From contig NIVC01000125.1 of the NCBI GenBank assembly GCA_002269645.1, forward strand, positions 34,897 through 98,896: a DNA stretch of 64,000 bases, read 5' to 3'. The translations under genes were made by a program, and so were the position numbers. Under the pieces are notes generated by a model. The model searched no databases. It saw only the letters and a list, made by a program, of their open reading frames with translations, and was not told the DNA's origin. Source of the DNA: Macrostomum lignano. Its lineage: Eukaryota. Positions 1-11,153 of this stretch are shown in pieces. Position 1 is the stretch's first letter, and every line of letters begins with the position of its first letter.

Positions 1-2061
1 AAAGATCTGTCTGTACACTGAAAATGGAGAGAGGGTCGAAATTCCTTGGCATTTAGAAGGGGGGACAGAGAAAACAGGGGCGAGTGTTAAAATTTAGCTC
101 GATTTGTTATGGGGTCTGCGCTGTGTCTGGTGAACATCGGAGGGGTGGCTGTTTTCGAACAGGGTTGAATTTGACTATGGTCCGAGTTAAAGGGTGATTC
201 AACATTCAGTATAGGGGCTTCGAGGGGTGAGGATATACCGTAAAGCAGTAGCAGTTGATAATTACCAATTAAAGGTCTTGTATCATCCACACTGTCAATA
301 TAGAAATATAAAGCACTGCTTCAACACAGTCCTGCATTTGGGGTCTGACTTGGGGAGAGGCTTGGATGACGCAACCTCCACCCCATCGCTTGGCGAGTTT
401 GTACAGGCCCGCCTCTATATGAAAGTATGTGTATTTTATAAGTGATTTTGAATAAATTATCAGCATATTCAAACCTACAGTCTCCGAGGGTGAAAATGTA
501 CATATACCTAATTTTTGGAGTATGTAGCGGATATGAGTATAGAGGCTATCGATGTACATATAGACTCCGATCAGTATTATTCAAATCTGTCTGAGAAATG
601 TACATTGGAAATATACATTTACGTTGTGAGCTACACTGTGTGTTGACTCATTTGGTAGTAGATGAGATTAGTAATTCTCGCCTCTGCGTACATGTAGTAT
701 TGTACATGTAATTTTGGTGCGCGCTCAGACCGTCTGGGGATGACACTGTAGATTAATGTAAGTGTACATATAGAATTGGGGATAGACAATTTGGGATAGG
801 GATTAATGTACATGGAATTAATGTACATATCCAATTTGAGATAGATAGGGATTATTGAACATGGAATTAATGTACATATATGAGCACATGGATTATTACA
901 ACTACATATTGCCATATCACGCTTAGGATAGCGTTTTTGTATACTACTTACTTCATTTTCAGATAGTAGTATAATTTGCGTTTTTGCGTCAAAACATCTG
1001 AAAATCAACACTTATCTGCACGATACGTAGTGGCGCTTATGGGAAAATCCGCCCTGGCAGAATCGTCGAATACACTATATCTGGATCGTCCGGGGGCGTT
1101 TGAGAAGGTGCGCAACAAAAATTTGGCCCGTGTTCTTAAATTTTGTGTGCCTGCGTTGCTCCGTTCCGGCGCAGCAAAGCAATTGTCAGGGCGGAAAATG
1201 CTTGGGACTCCTACTGTTAATGAAAGTATTAGCTACATGCATAGCATTGAAGCAGCATGCAGGTATCCGGCTGTCACATTGATTGGAAGTTTCATGTCGG
1301 TTCGGTTGCGCTGACGTTATCAGCGCATAATTACGTACAATATGTGTACTGAAAAAGTTTTTTGACGATGCCTTGCGAAATATTTAAAAAATTTTCTTGT
1401 ATTTAAAATTTGCTGACATACTCCACAAATTCTACTAATAGTACTCGTAGCAGTACAATTGAAAAAATCAACAAAGAAAGAAAATTACCATTTGGGTTGA
1501 AAATAATATATTTGTTCTCTGGGAATGTTTTTAGAATTGTAGCTGTGTAAAAAAACGTGAGAAAACAAGACAGTTAGGCTCTTTGGATTAAGAGATACTA
1601 CTAGAAGTAATACATGTTTGGTACGAGACCTGATAAACATGATAGATATCTATGAGCTGTTATAGAAAATCTGTATTGAATAAAACAAATAGTTCAATAA
1701 GTTTATTAGAGAAAACAAAACACTAATTAGGCGCTTTTTGTCATCTAACTACCATGCTATTAATAATGCCCGAATGAAATTGGGCTCAATCCAAATAAAA
1801 CATATGCGAATTGGTGCAGTTGTAAAAATACCAGTTATCCAGCTAATATAAGCCATTTATGGTGAAAACAAGCTTAGAATGCTTAAAATATTGAGTTTTT
1901 TATAAAAATTTGAAGTTTTTCTTATTAAAGTGCAAATTACCAAGACGTTGATGCTCGAACACAAACATCGAGTCAAAATATATTATAATGATCAATTTAA
2001 GTAAAAGTACAGTTTAACCGTGTCAATATAATAGCTGTAGCTATAGTTTTCAAAATAATTT

Positions 2062-4180
2062 TCATTTTTTGATCTCGCTTGGAGCATTGGCAGAGTCTGG
2101 CTGGTAGCCGGAGTTGTTGAAGTACTCGTAGTTGTACGGAGGCGGCTGCGGCTCCAACGGCTGCTGCTGCGGCACCGAGCTCGGGTTTGAGATTTGAGGA
2201 GGAGGCGGCTGCATCGAATTCGGGTAGGCGGCTGGAGCCTGCATCGGATTCGGGTAGGCGGCTGGAGCCTGCATCGGGTACGAGCCCGGAGGCGGTGGCG
2301 GATTGGCCGCGGACGCAACGGCAGCAACGGGTAATCCGCCCGCCATTTGGTTTCGGCGGGCCATCAGTCTGGAAGTTCGTTGTCGATAGATTCGATAGCC
2401 TAGAATGGAGCCGCCCACGACAAAGATTAAGGCTAGGAAAGCTGGCCAGTAGCGCCTAAAAATCAGCGTCACTTCAGAGGGATTGGCCTCGGACCACTCT
2501 TTGATGTAGAATGATAGTCTATTTGGATTGTAAAACTTGTTGGCCGGTGTGCCGCCTTTTGGAGCGGAGCACAGCTGGGCAAAGTTCGAGTAGCAGTCGG
2601 CTCGATATAACGAGCCGGTCTGGTAAAAAACGCATGGACAGTCGCTTGTTCCTGAGCAGTACGATGGAGTCTTCGGCACGTCGTACAGCCTGTGGTGGGG
2701 TTGGTGCGATATGCTCTGTAACTGATTTATTTTTATTTATAGCGAGTTGTCTTAGTGACAAGCTGAGAAAATTCGTAAAAAAATAGCGCAGTGCATGGGC
2801 TTTTGGACTAAACACACGATGAATAAAAAATTAAAGCTTTAGTTTCGGAAAATAAATTTAGAAGTGCCCCGAGACAGCTTATTTTGGAGATTGTAGCCTA
2901 GTGGTTCGAGCGTTGGACTCACGACTGAAAGGTCGGGGGTTCGATTCTCGTCCCAGTTGGAACAATTTGTGTTCTTGAGCAAGATACTTAACTCTGCATT
3001 GCTTCAGTTCACCCTTTGGCGACATCGTCCAACAACCAGCACTGACGGCAACTCTGCCCATTCCGCTGACTCATGAGCACATGCTGGTACAAAGGCGCGG
3101 ATACTGTACGCTGGCACGCACGCATTCACATTGTGTACAGCGGCCCTGACTTTCTAATCGTCAGGCATGTACACTCTCTGTAACTCGGGGGTTGGCCTTC
3201 ATGGCTGTGAATCGCACAACAACCTCCGTAAGCCAATCGCACGAGCCCCAAATGAATGAGCACGGAATCGAACCACAGAGGTCTCCGCGCGAGAGTCGAG
3301 CGCGTTTACCGATGAGCTGCCCTACCCCGCTTTTTTAGGAAGGCTTCAGTGCGATTGCCTACTAGACCTAATGTACATGCAACTTATGGTTAATCGCAAA
3401 CTTCAGATCGATCTTAACTTAGGCCGGTTTTTAAGTGCTCTCAGTGAGCCGCCACCTGCTAGATCAATCGGACACTCACGACATGTGAAAGGGCTCGCCA
3501 GTGAGGAAGTACAACTTGGTATTCTTGGAGCTGTACTCCATGACGCCGACCCAGTAGGGCCTGCTGTCGGCAACCAGAGCCTCCAGGGTGCCTGTGCTTG
3601 TAAAGTCGATGGCGAGGTTCGCCTGCAGCATGCGGCACAGCTCAAACGCCTGGTCGAAGGTGACCAAATCGTTCTTTGCCGGGTTTCCGTAGCAGACGGA
3701 GCCGCTGCTGCGCCATCCGTACGGGCAGTCACCGCTAAAGATTGGCGCCACGGACAGCAGCGCCGAAGGCTCCATCGAAGGCGGAGCATCGGAGACCAGA
3801 CGAGCCTCGAACCAGCTGCCGGATCCAACAATAAGATGCCGACAGCCAACTGTTGACGTAGATGAATTTGTCACCTTCAAAATCTGCGAACGGGTGGCGT
3901 TCCTGATGGTTAGCGAGTTCGATCCGGACAGCTGAAGGCTGTCAATAGCGACTGAGAAGCCGGTGCTGCTGCGGGTGGCGCTGAAGTTCAATGCGTGAAC
4001 GAAGCTGGAGCAGCCGCTTGTGGCATTGACAGTCAGCTGGGCTGATGTGTGAGAGGAGATTCTCAGCTGTTGATAGCTCTGGCAGCGGGTGGCAGTCGCC
4101 GTGGCAACGATGCTGAGCGCCGTTGCCAGTAGCAACGGGAACGCGACCGGTGAAAATCGAGGATTCTGAAATGCGGCCAT
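2062..4180 (-). CDS. Receptor paralog A (signal peptide, CUB-like, C-type lectin-like, TM, PPxY tail); exons 4180-3480 and 2721(or 2715)-2062; apparent 1-nt frameshift at ~2702
   Basis: Exon 1 has CPYGW..CYG..C..LQANLA..YWVG and ends TC|GTGAGT (phase 2). Exon 2 has CPCVFY..C..QLCS, TM (YWPAFLALIFVVGGSILGY) and PPPY. Joined length 1361 nt is 1 short of in-frame; paralog B has ACC AAA CCC where A has ACC AA CCC. Confidence 0.8.
2885..3014 (+). mobile_element. tRNA-derived CORE-like SINE (family 1), 3'-truncated
   Basis: A box TAGCCTAGTGG, B box GGTTCGATTCT, then GTGTTCTTGAGCAAGATACTTAACTCTGCATTGCTTCAGTTCACCC resembling the CORE domain. Related copies at 4250 and 33135. Confidence 0.75.
3015..3330 (-). 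mobile_element. tRNA-derived SINE (family 2), most complete copy, with central hairpin domain
   Basis: On the minus strand: A-box-like CAGCTCATCGG (3319-3309), B box GGTTCGATTCC (3274-3264), body with GTGTACATG-CCTGACGATTAGAAAGTCAGG-GCCGC-TGTACAC shared by at least 6 other loci in the window. Confidence 0.7.
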
Positions 4181-4249
4181 TTCTAAGTGTATAAATTGAA
4201 TGCTAACTCGAATCTATTTGAATAAACAGAAAATATAGTATACTGCTAC

Positions 4250-4392
4250 TGCCTGATGGCTTAGTCGTTAGAGCGTCGGACTCAAGACTGAAAGGTCGGG
4301 GATTCGATTCTTGACTACTCACTCGGAACAATTTGTGTCCTTGAGCAAGAAAGTTAACTCTGCATTGCTTCAGTTCATCCAACTGTAAAATG
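4250..4392 (+). mobile_element. CORE-like SINE (family 1)
   Basis: tRNA-like head followed by GTGTCCTTGAGCAAGAAAGTTAACTCTGCATTGCTTCAGTTCATCCAACTGTAAAATG. Confidence 0.75.
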
Positions 4393-5080
4393 CTAGCAAA
4401 GTGGTAGAATGTCAGACTGATTTAATAGTATTTTGGTTAACTAACTTATTTAAGACTATATATAAATAATAGACGTACTCCACGTAGTCAATAGCCTAAT
4501 AATGAAAAATTATTGCAACAAAAACTTCTTTTAATGGAGAAAAAATCGATTCATATTGAATTTTATTGCTTGGGAATGCTTAGTGTTCAGGTTATAAACT
4601 GTTGCAGATAAACGCATCCGTAAAAAATAATTTTGGGTTATAAATGACTAGAAAAAACATATTGGGTTGCAAGCCACAAACCAGTGTTGAATAATAAAAA
4701 AGTTAAGATTTACCACACAGATTTTTAAGGCAAATGAGCCTTCAAAAAAATCTGATAGGTTATAAAAAGCAATACCAATTAGGCGCTTATACAGTCCTAT
4801 AAAATACGATCTTTGAAGCCAATAGCTACTTCGGATAAAACGGCTGGTTGTTGCAAAAAAAGCGACACTTTTACGCTGGTGCAGGCGAGTGAAAAACCAT
4901 AAGCCAAACTAGAAATCTAAAAAGTAACCATGCAAGGTGCTGAAAATTTGAATAGGAAAATATGATTTATTGTGTATTGATCAGAATAAGAGCTCAGTTG
5001 CTTGTAAATAGAAACTTATCATATGTTATTTATGACAAAAAATTATGAAAAATATAGATTTTCATATTCATGAGATTGGT

Positions 5081-7140
5081 CACTCCTGATCCGCCCTACG
5101 AGAATCACTCCTGATCCGCCCTACGAGAATCACTCCTGATCCGCCCTACGAGAATCACTCGTGATCCACCCTATGAGAATCACTCCCTGATCCACTCTAT
5201 GAGAATCACTCGTGATCCACCCTATGAGAATCACTCCTGATCCACTCTATGAGAATCACTCCTGATCCACCCTATGAGAATCACTCCTGATCCACTCTAT
5301 GAGAATCACTCCTGATCCACTCTATGAGAATCACTCCTGATCCACCCTATGAGAATCACTCCTGATCCACTCTATGAGAATCACTCCTGATCCACTCTAT
5401 GAGAATCACTCCTGATCCGCCCTACGAGAATCACTCCTGATCCGCACAATGAGAATCACTCCTGATCCGCCCTACGAGAATCACTCCTGATCCGCACATG
5501 AGAATCACTCCTGATCCGCCCTACGAGAATCACTCCTGATCCGCACAATGAGAATCACTCCTGATCCACCCTATGAGAATCACTTCTAATTCGCACATGA
5601 GAATCACTCCTGATCTACCCTATGAGAATCACTCCTGATCCACCCTATGAGAATCACTCCTGATCCACCCTATGAGAATCACTTCTAATCCGCACATGAG
5701 AATCACTCCTGATCCACCCCATAAGAATCACTCCTGATCCGCACATGAGAATCACTCCTGATCCGCACCATGAGAATCACTCCTGATCCGCACATGAGAA
5801 TCACTCCTGATCCGCACAATGAGAATCACTCCTGATCCGCCCTACGAGAATCACTCCTGATCCGCACAATGAGAATCACTCCTGATCCGCCCTACGAGAA
5901 TCACTCCTGATCCGCACATGAGAATCACTCCTGATCCGCACCATGAGAATCACTCCTGATCCGCACATGAGAATCACTCCTGATCCGCACAATGAGAATC
6001 ACTCCTGATCCGCCCTACGAGAATCACTCCTGATCCGCACAATAAGAATCACTCCTGATCCGCCCTACGAGAATCACTCCTGATCCGCACATGAGAATCA
6101 CTCCTGATCCGCACATGAGAATCACTCCTGATCCGCACAATGAGAATCACTCCTGATCCGCACAATGAGAATCACTCCTGATCCGCACAATGAGAATCAC
6201 TCCTGATCCGCACATGAGAATCACTCCTGATCCGCACAATGAGAATCACTCCTGATCCGCACAATGAGAATCACTCCTGATCCGCACAATGAGAATCACT
6301 CCTGATCCGCACAATGAGAATCACTCCTGATCCGCACAATGAGAATCACTCCTGATCCGCACATGAGAATCACTCCTGATCCGCACAATGAGAATCACTC
6401 CTGATCCGCACATGAGAATCACTCCTGATCCGCACAATGAGAATCACTCCTGATCCGCCCTACGAGAATCACTCCTGATCCGCACAATGAGAATCACTCC
6501 TGATCCGCCCTACGAGAATCACTCCTGATCCGCACATGAGAATCACTCCTGATCCGCACATGAGAATCACTCCTGATCCGCACCATGAGAATCACTCCTG
6601 ATCCGCACAATGAGAATCACTCCTGATCCGCACAATGAGAATCACTCCTGATCCGCACATGAGAATCACTCCTGATCCGCACAATGAGAATCACTCCTGA
6701 TCCGCACAATGAGAATCACTCCTGATCCGCACAATGAGAATCACTCCTGATCCGCACAATGAGAATCACTCCTGATCCGCACAAAGAGAATCACTCCTGA
6801 TCCGCACATGAGAATCACTCCTGATCCGCACATGAGAATCACTCCTGATCCGCACAATGAGAATCACTCCTGATCCGCACAATGAGAATCACTTCTGATC
6901 CGCACATGAGAATCACTCCTGATCTGCACAATGAGAATCACTCCTGATCCGCACATGAGAATCACTCCTGATCCGCACATGAGAATCACTCCTGATCCGC
7001 ACATGAGAATCGCTCCTGATCCGCACATGAGAATCACTCCTAATCCGCACATGAGAATCACTCCTGATCCGCACATGAGAATCACTCCTGATCCACCCTA
7101 TGAGAATCACTCCTGATCCGCACAATGAGAATTACTCCTA
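5081..7140. repeat. Minisatellite, 21-22 bp unit (GAGAATCACTCCTGATCC + GCACAT/GCACAAT/GCCCTAC), about 95 copies
   Basis: Direct tandem repeats in the A-B spacer. Confidence 0.97.
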
Positions 7141-7365
7141 ATCCGTCGGTGAGAATTGTTTTGTCCACAATGGCCTGTTCTTTTTCACAAAGCTCCACCT
7201 TGTTTCGAAGCTGAAACAACTAAATAAAAAAGAATGATAAACCAAATACCAGATAAACATCAACAGAGGTAAATTATAGAAACAGCCATCACGGCAACAA
7301 TTGTAAAGCACTCCAATTCCGATAAAACGGTTCTGACTATTAACATTCTCGTATGTCGATGAGTT

Positions 7366-9768
7366 TCACTTCTTGTTGTCGCTCGGTTCAGCGTCACCAG
7401 CAGCGGCCGAGTCAGGCTGGTAGCCGGAGTTGTTGAAGTAACTGTACGGAGGCGGCTGAGGCTCCGGCGCCTGCGGCTGTGGCGGCACGGAGTTCGGGTA
7501 GGAGACTGGAGGAGGCGGCGGCTGCATCGGGTACGAGCCCGAAGGCGGAGGTGGTGGCGAAGTAGCCTGCGTCGGATACGAGCCCGGAGGCGGCGGCGGA
7601 TTGGCTGCGACGGTCGACACGCCGACAGGCATCTGACGCCGGCGCTCCATCATTCGAACGGCGCGCATTCGAAAAAATACGCGGAAACCGATGGCCGAGC
7701 CGGCCACCACAAGGCCGAAAACGAAGAAAGCCGGCCAGAAGCTGCTGAACCGAAGTATCCATGCGGTTGGGTTGTCGCTCGTCCGCTGTCCGATATAGAC
7801 TGAGATTAGCTGGGGATTGTAATACTTGGCCGGTCGGCCGACATTTGGAGCGGAGCACAGCTGGGCAAAGCGGGAGTCGCAGCTGGCTCGATAAAACGAG
7901 CCGCTGCGGTAGAAGACGCATTCGCAGCTGCTGGACCACGAGCAGTACGATGATGACTTCGATACCTTGGACAGCCTGCGGTGGGGTTTGGTGCGATCTC
8001 CCAGTTTGAATGTGACTATTACAGTTGCACTGATTCATATGGTGAGCTTACATGTATGCCTGTTTGCACTAAAATACAGATGGCTAAAATAACAAATCTT
8101 TGCAGGAACGGCTGTGGGCTTCCTGGCGCAATGGGCGCCCATTCTGCTGACTCCCGGGGCACATATGAGCGTAATAGCAGCAATTAGTAACATTAGTAGC
8201 TTGCTATCTGGGGGGGGTAGCTATCTAGGGATTCTTTCTATCCAGGGATGCTTGCTGTCTGAGGGACGCTTTCTATTAGGGATTCTTTCTATCCAAGGAT
8301 GCTTGCTGTCTGAGGGACGCTTTCTATCTAGGGATTCTTGCTTTCTGGGGGTGTTTGCTATTTGGGAGGAATGCCTGCTATCTTTGCAAAGGCTTTATTT
8401 TGTTGTTTCGTTTTGTTGCTTTTAGAAAAAAGAGATTCATAGCAAACAATTTTGTCCGTGACAATTTTACTCCAATAAGGCGTTTTTTAAAACTGAAAAC
8501 TGAAGGACTTGGTTCTTAAGAAAATGTGCTTTTTGAAAGGATTTGCATAAGTTTTGCTCCTTGCTTATTGGCCGCCCCAAAAGGGGCTTGTGTGCGAAAA
8601 TTAGCCTGGGGGTTGCTGTGCGATTCACAGCCATGAGAGCCAACCCCAGGGCACAGGGGGTGTACATGCCTGACGATCGGGGCTACTGTACACCCTGTGT
8701 GAGCGTGTATATGAGTGCGTGTCTGCGTACAGTATCCACGCGTTTGTACTCTTGTGTGCTCAGGAGTTTTGGAACGATGGCGTCGAATAGGCCTGTTGGC
8801 AACAGGGTGCCCGCAGACCTCCTTCAATAGCTCAGCTTCTCATCCTCTTTACCATTTCATCTTAGTCTGATTCTATCTGTCATGTCCTACGAGTATTTAA
8901 ATTGGACTCTGCACACATCAAAGACTTCTCTGTACCCGGCCATTTAAAACAATAACAGATCGAGACATTTGATGTAGTTTCCGTCACAGGAAAGCAGTGG
9001 CATATAAAGAAACGAAACTTCTACTTATGTTTGACAGAGGTGGCTGGAGAAAAAAAACACCTACGGCATATAGAAGGACTCGCCATTGAGAAAGTACAAC
9101 TTGGTACTCTTGGAGCTGTACTCCATGACGCCGACCCAGTAGGGCCTGCTATCGGCAACCAGAGCCTCCAGGGTGCCTGCGCTTGTAAAGTCGATGGCGA
9201 GGTTCGCCTGCAGCATGCGGCACAGCTCAAACGCCTGGTCGAAGGTGACCAAATCGTTCTTTGCCGGGTTTCCGTAGCAGACGGAGCCGCTGCTGCGCCA
9301 TCCGTACGGGCAGTCGCCGCTAAAGATTGGCGCCACGGACAGCAGCGCCGAAGACTCCATCGAAGGCGGAGCATCGGAGACCAGACGAGCCTCGAACCAG
9401 CTGCCGGATCGAACAATAAGATGCCGACAGCCAACTGTTGACGTAGAAAAATTTGTCACCTTCAAAATCTGCGAATGGGTGGCGTTCCTGATGGTTAGCG
9501 AGTTCGATCCGTACAGCTGAAGGCTGTCAATAGCGACTGAGAAGCCGGTGCTGCTGCGGGTGGCGCTGAAGTTCAATGCGTGAACGAAGCTGGAGCAGCC
9601 GCTTGTGGCATTGACAGTCAGCTGGGCTGATGTGTGAGAGGAGATTCTCAGCTGTTGATAGCTCTGGCAGCGGGTGGCAGTCGCCGTGGCAACGATGCTG
9701 AGCGCCGTTGCCAGTAGCAACGGGAACGCGACCGGCCCGAGTAAAGAGGGTGACAGAAAATGAAGCAT
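7366..9768 (-). CDS. Receptor paralog B; exons 9768-9065 and 8029-7366 (455 aa)
   Basis: Donor CC|GTAGGT and acceptor AATCAG|T join in phase 2. Hand translation has no stops: CECVFY..C..QLCS, TM FWPAFFVFGLVVAGSAIGF, tail with PPPY. Confidence 0.82.
8190..8590 (+). mobile_element. Partial non-autonomous Helitron-like element with GGGATGCTTGCTATCT minisatellite (relative of 62380-62884)
   Basis: Same internal repeat and same unique block (TTTTAGAAAAAAGA.ATTCATAGCAAA..TTTGTCC.TGA) as the 62.4-62.9 kb copy; terminal hairpin GCCCCAAAAGGGGC. Confidence 0.6.
8590..8766 (+). mobile_element. SINE family 2 fragment
   Basis: GTGCGATTCACAGCCATG..GCCAACCCC..GTGTACATGCCTGACGAT..TGTACACCCTGTGTGAG matches the 3015-3330 copy. 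Confidence 0.7.
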
Positions 9769-10374
9769 TGAAAGCAAATGAAAGTATAAAAATCCGAATT
9801 TATTGATTTTTGAGCAGCCATATATCTAAGCTATGCCGAGACACATCTACTCTCGATCACCTAACTGTATCCCTGACGAAGCAAAGTCGGAAGGCATACA
9901 AAATTACCAAAATTAACTGTGACGAATATATTTGTCTTCACACAGAGTTAGATGCAAATAGTTTTGAGAAATAGAAAAACAAACCATAAATATTGTTTGA
10001 AAAAATTTGTCAGGTAGAAAGATTTGATTAAACAAAAATACGCTTACACAATAAGTGCGGTGAAAAATGGCAATTTAATATCACAGTTTGCGGAAGAATT
10101 CGCTGTACGTGTGTAAATGTTTTTTAAAAATTAATTTTTTTTATAAAAATGCCTGCTATCTATATATACTACTGGCCAGGCTATCTAACATATTTAAAGA
10201 GAAATAAGGCATTTTCGCACAAAAGTAGAAAAAATACGTTGCATAAAAGGCTGTTAGACACACTCTAAATAGGACCGTTAATATGAGGCAATACGTGCGT
10301 TGCAAAAAAATCTTTTTTTTCAGCGTATAAAGTAAAAGTTCATAATATTTCATAGTTATACAATTATTTCAAAA

Positions 10375-11045
10375 AAACCTTCGGACACTACAAGACTGAC
10401 CCTTTCGGACACTGCAAGACTGACCCCTTCGGACACTACAAGACTGACCCCTTCGGACACTACAAGACTGACCATTTCGGACACTACAAGACTGACCATT
10501 TCGGACACTACAAGACTGACCATTTCGGACACTACAAGACTGACCATTTCGGACACTACAAGACTGACCATTTCGGACACTACAAGACTGACCATTTCGG
10601 ACACTGCAAGACTGACATATTCTGACACTACAAGACTGACCCATTCGGACACTACAAGACTGATCCATTCGGACACTACAAGACTGATCCATTCGGACAC
10701 TACAAGACTGATCCATTCGGACACTACAAGACTGACCCATTCGGACACTACAAGACTGATCTATTCGGACACTACAAGACTGATCCATTCGGACACTACA
10801 AGACTGATCCATTCGGACACTACAAGACTGACCCCTTCGGACACTACAAGACTGACCCCTTCGGACACTACAAGACTGACCATTTCGGACACTACAAGAC
10901 TGACCATTTCGGACACTACAAGACTGACCCCTTCGGACACTACAAGACTGACCATTTCGGACACTACAAGACTGACCATTTCGGACACTACAAGACTGAC
11001 CCCTTCGGACACTACAAGACTGACCATTTCGGACACCCGACACTG
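10375..11045. repeat. Minisatellite, 24 bp unit (TCGGACACTACAAGACTGACCATT), about 27 copies
   Basis: Direct tandem repeats in the B-C spacer. Confidence 0.97.
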
Positions 11046-11153
11046 ACCTTTTCAGGCATTCAGAATAACAATAATTTTAAGAACACAGCCAATCACATCT
11101 AAACCGCAGAAAGCCATCCAAAGATCGATGAGCACTCAACAACCGACCAAATT

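Noticed and set aside
1-1320. Small ORFs and a TGTACA/ATGTACAT-rich tract at the window start
   Set aside because: No motifs or termini recognised; possibly a decayed repeat but not supportable.
3140-3175. CTGACGA..GAAA in SINE family 2 as a hammerhead ribozyme core
   Set aside because: Only 3 nt for stem II, the putative cleavage triplet ends in G, stems I and III do not form in register, the motif folds on itself, and GAAA is lost in several copies. An Infernal search with hammerhead models would settle it.
2885-4392. tRNA-like sequences at 2885, 3260-3330 and 4250 (also 33290-33345) as tRNA genes
   Set aside because: Acceptor stems do not pair, apparent anticodons differ between copies, and each continues into a shared SINE body.
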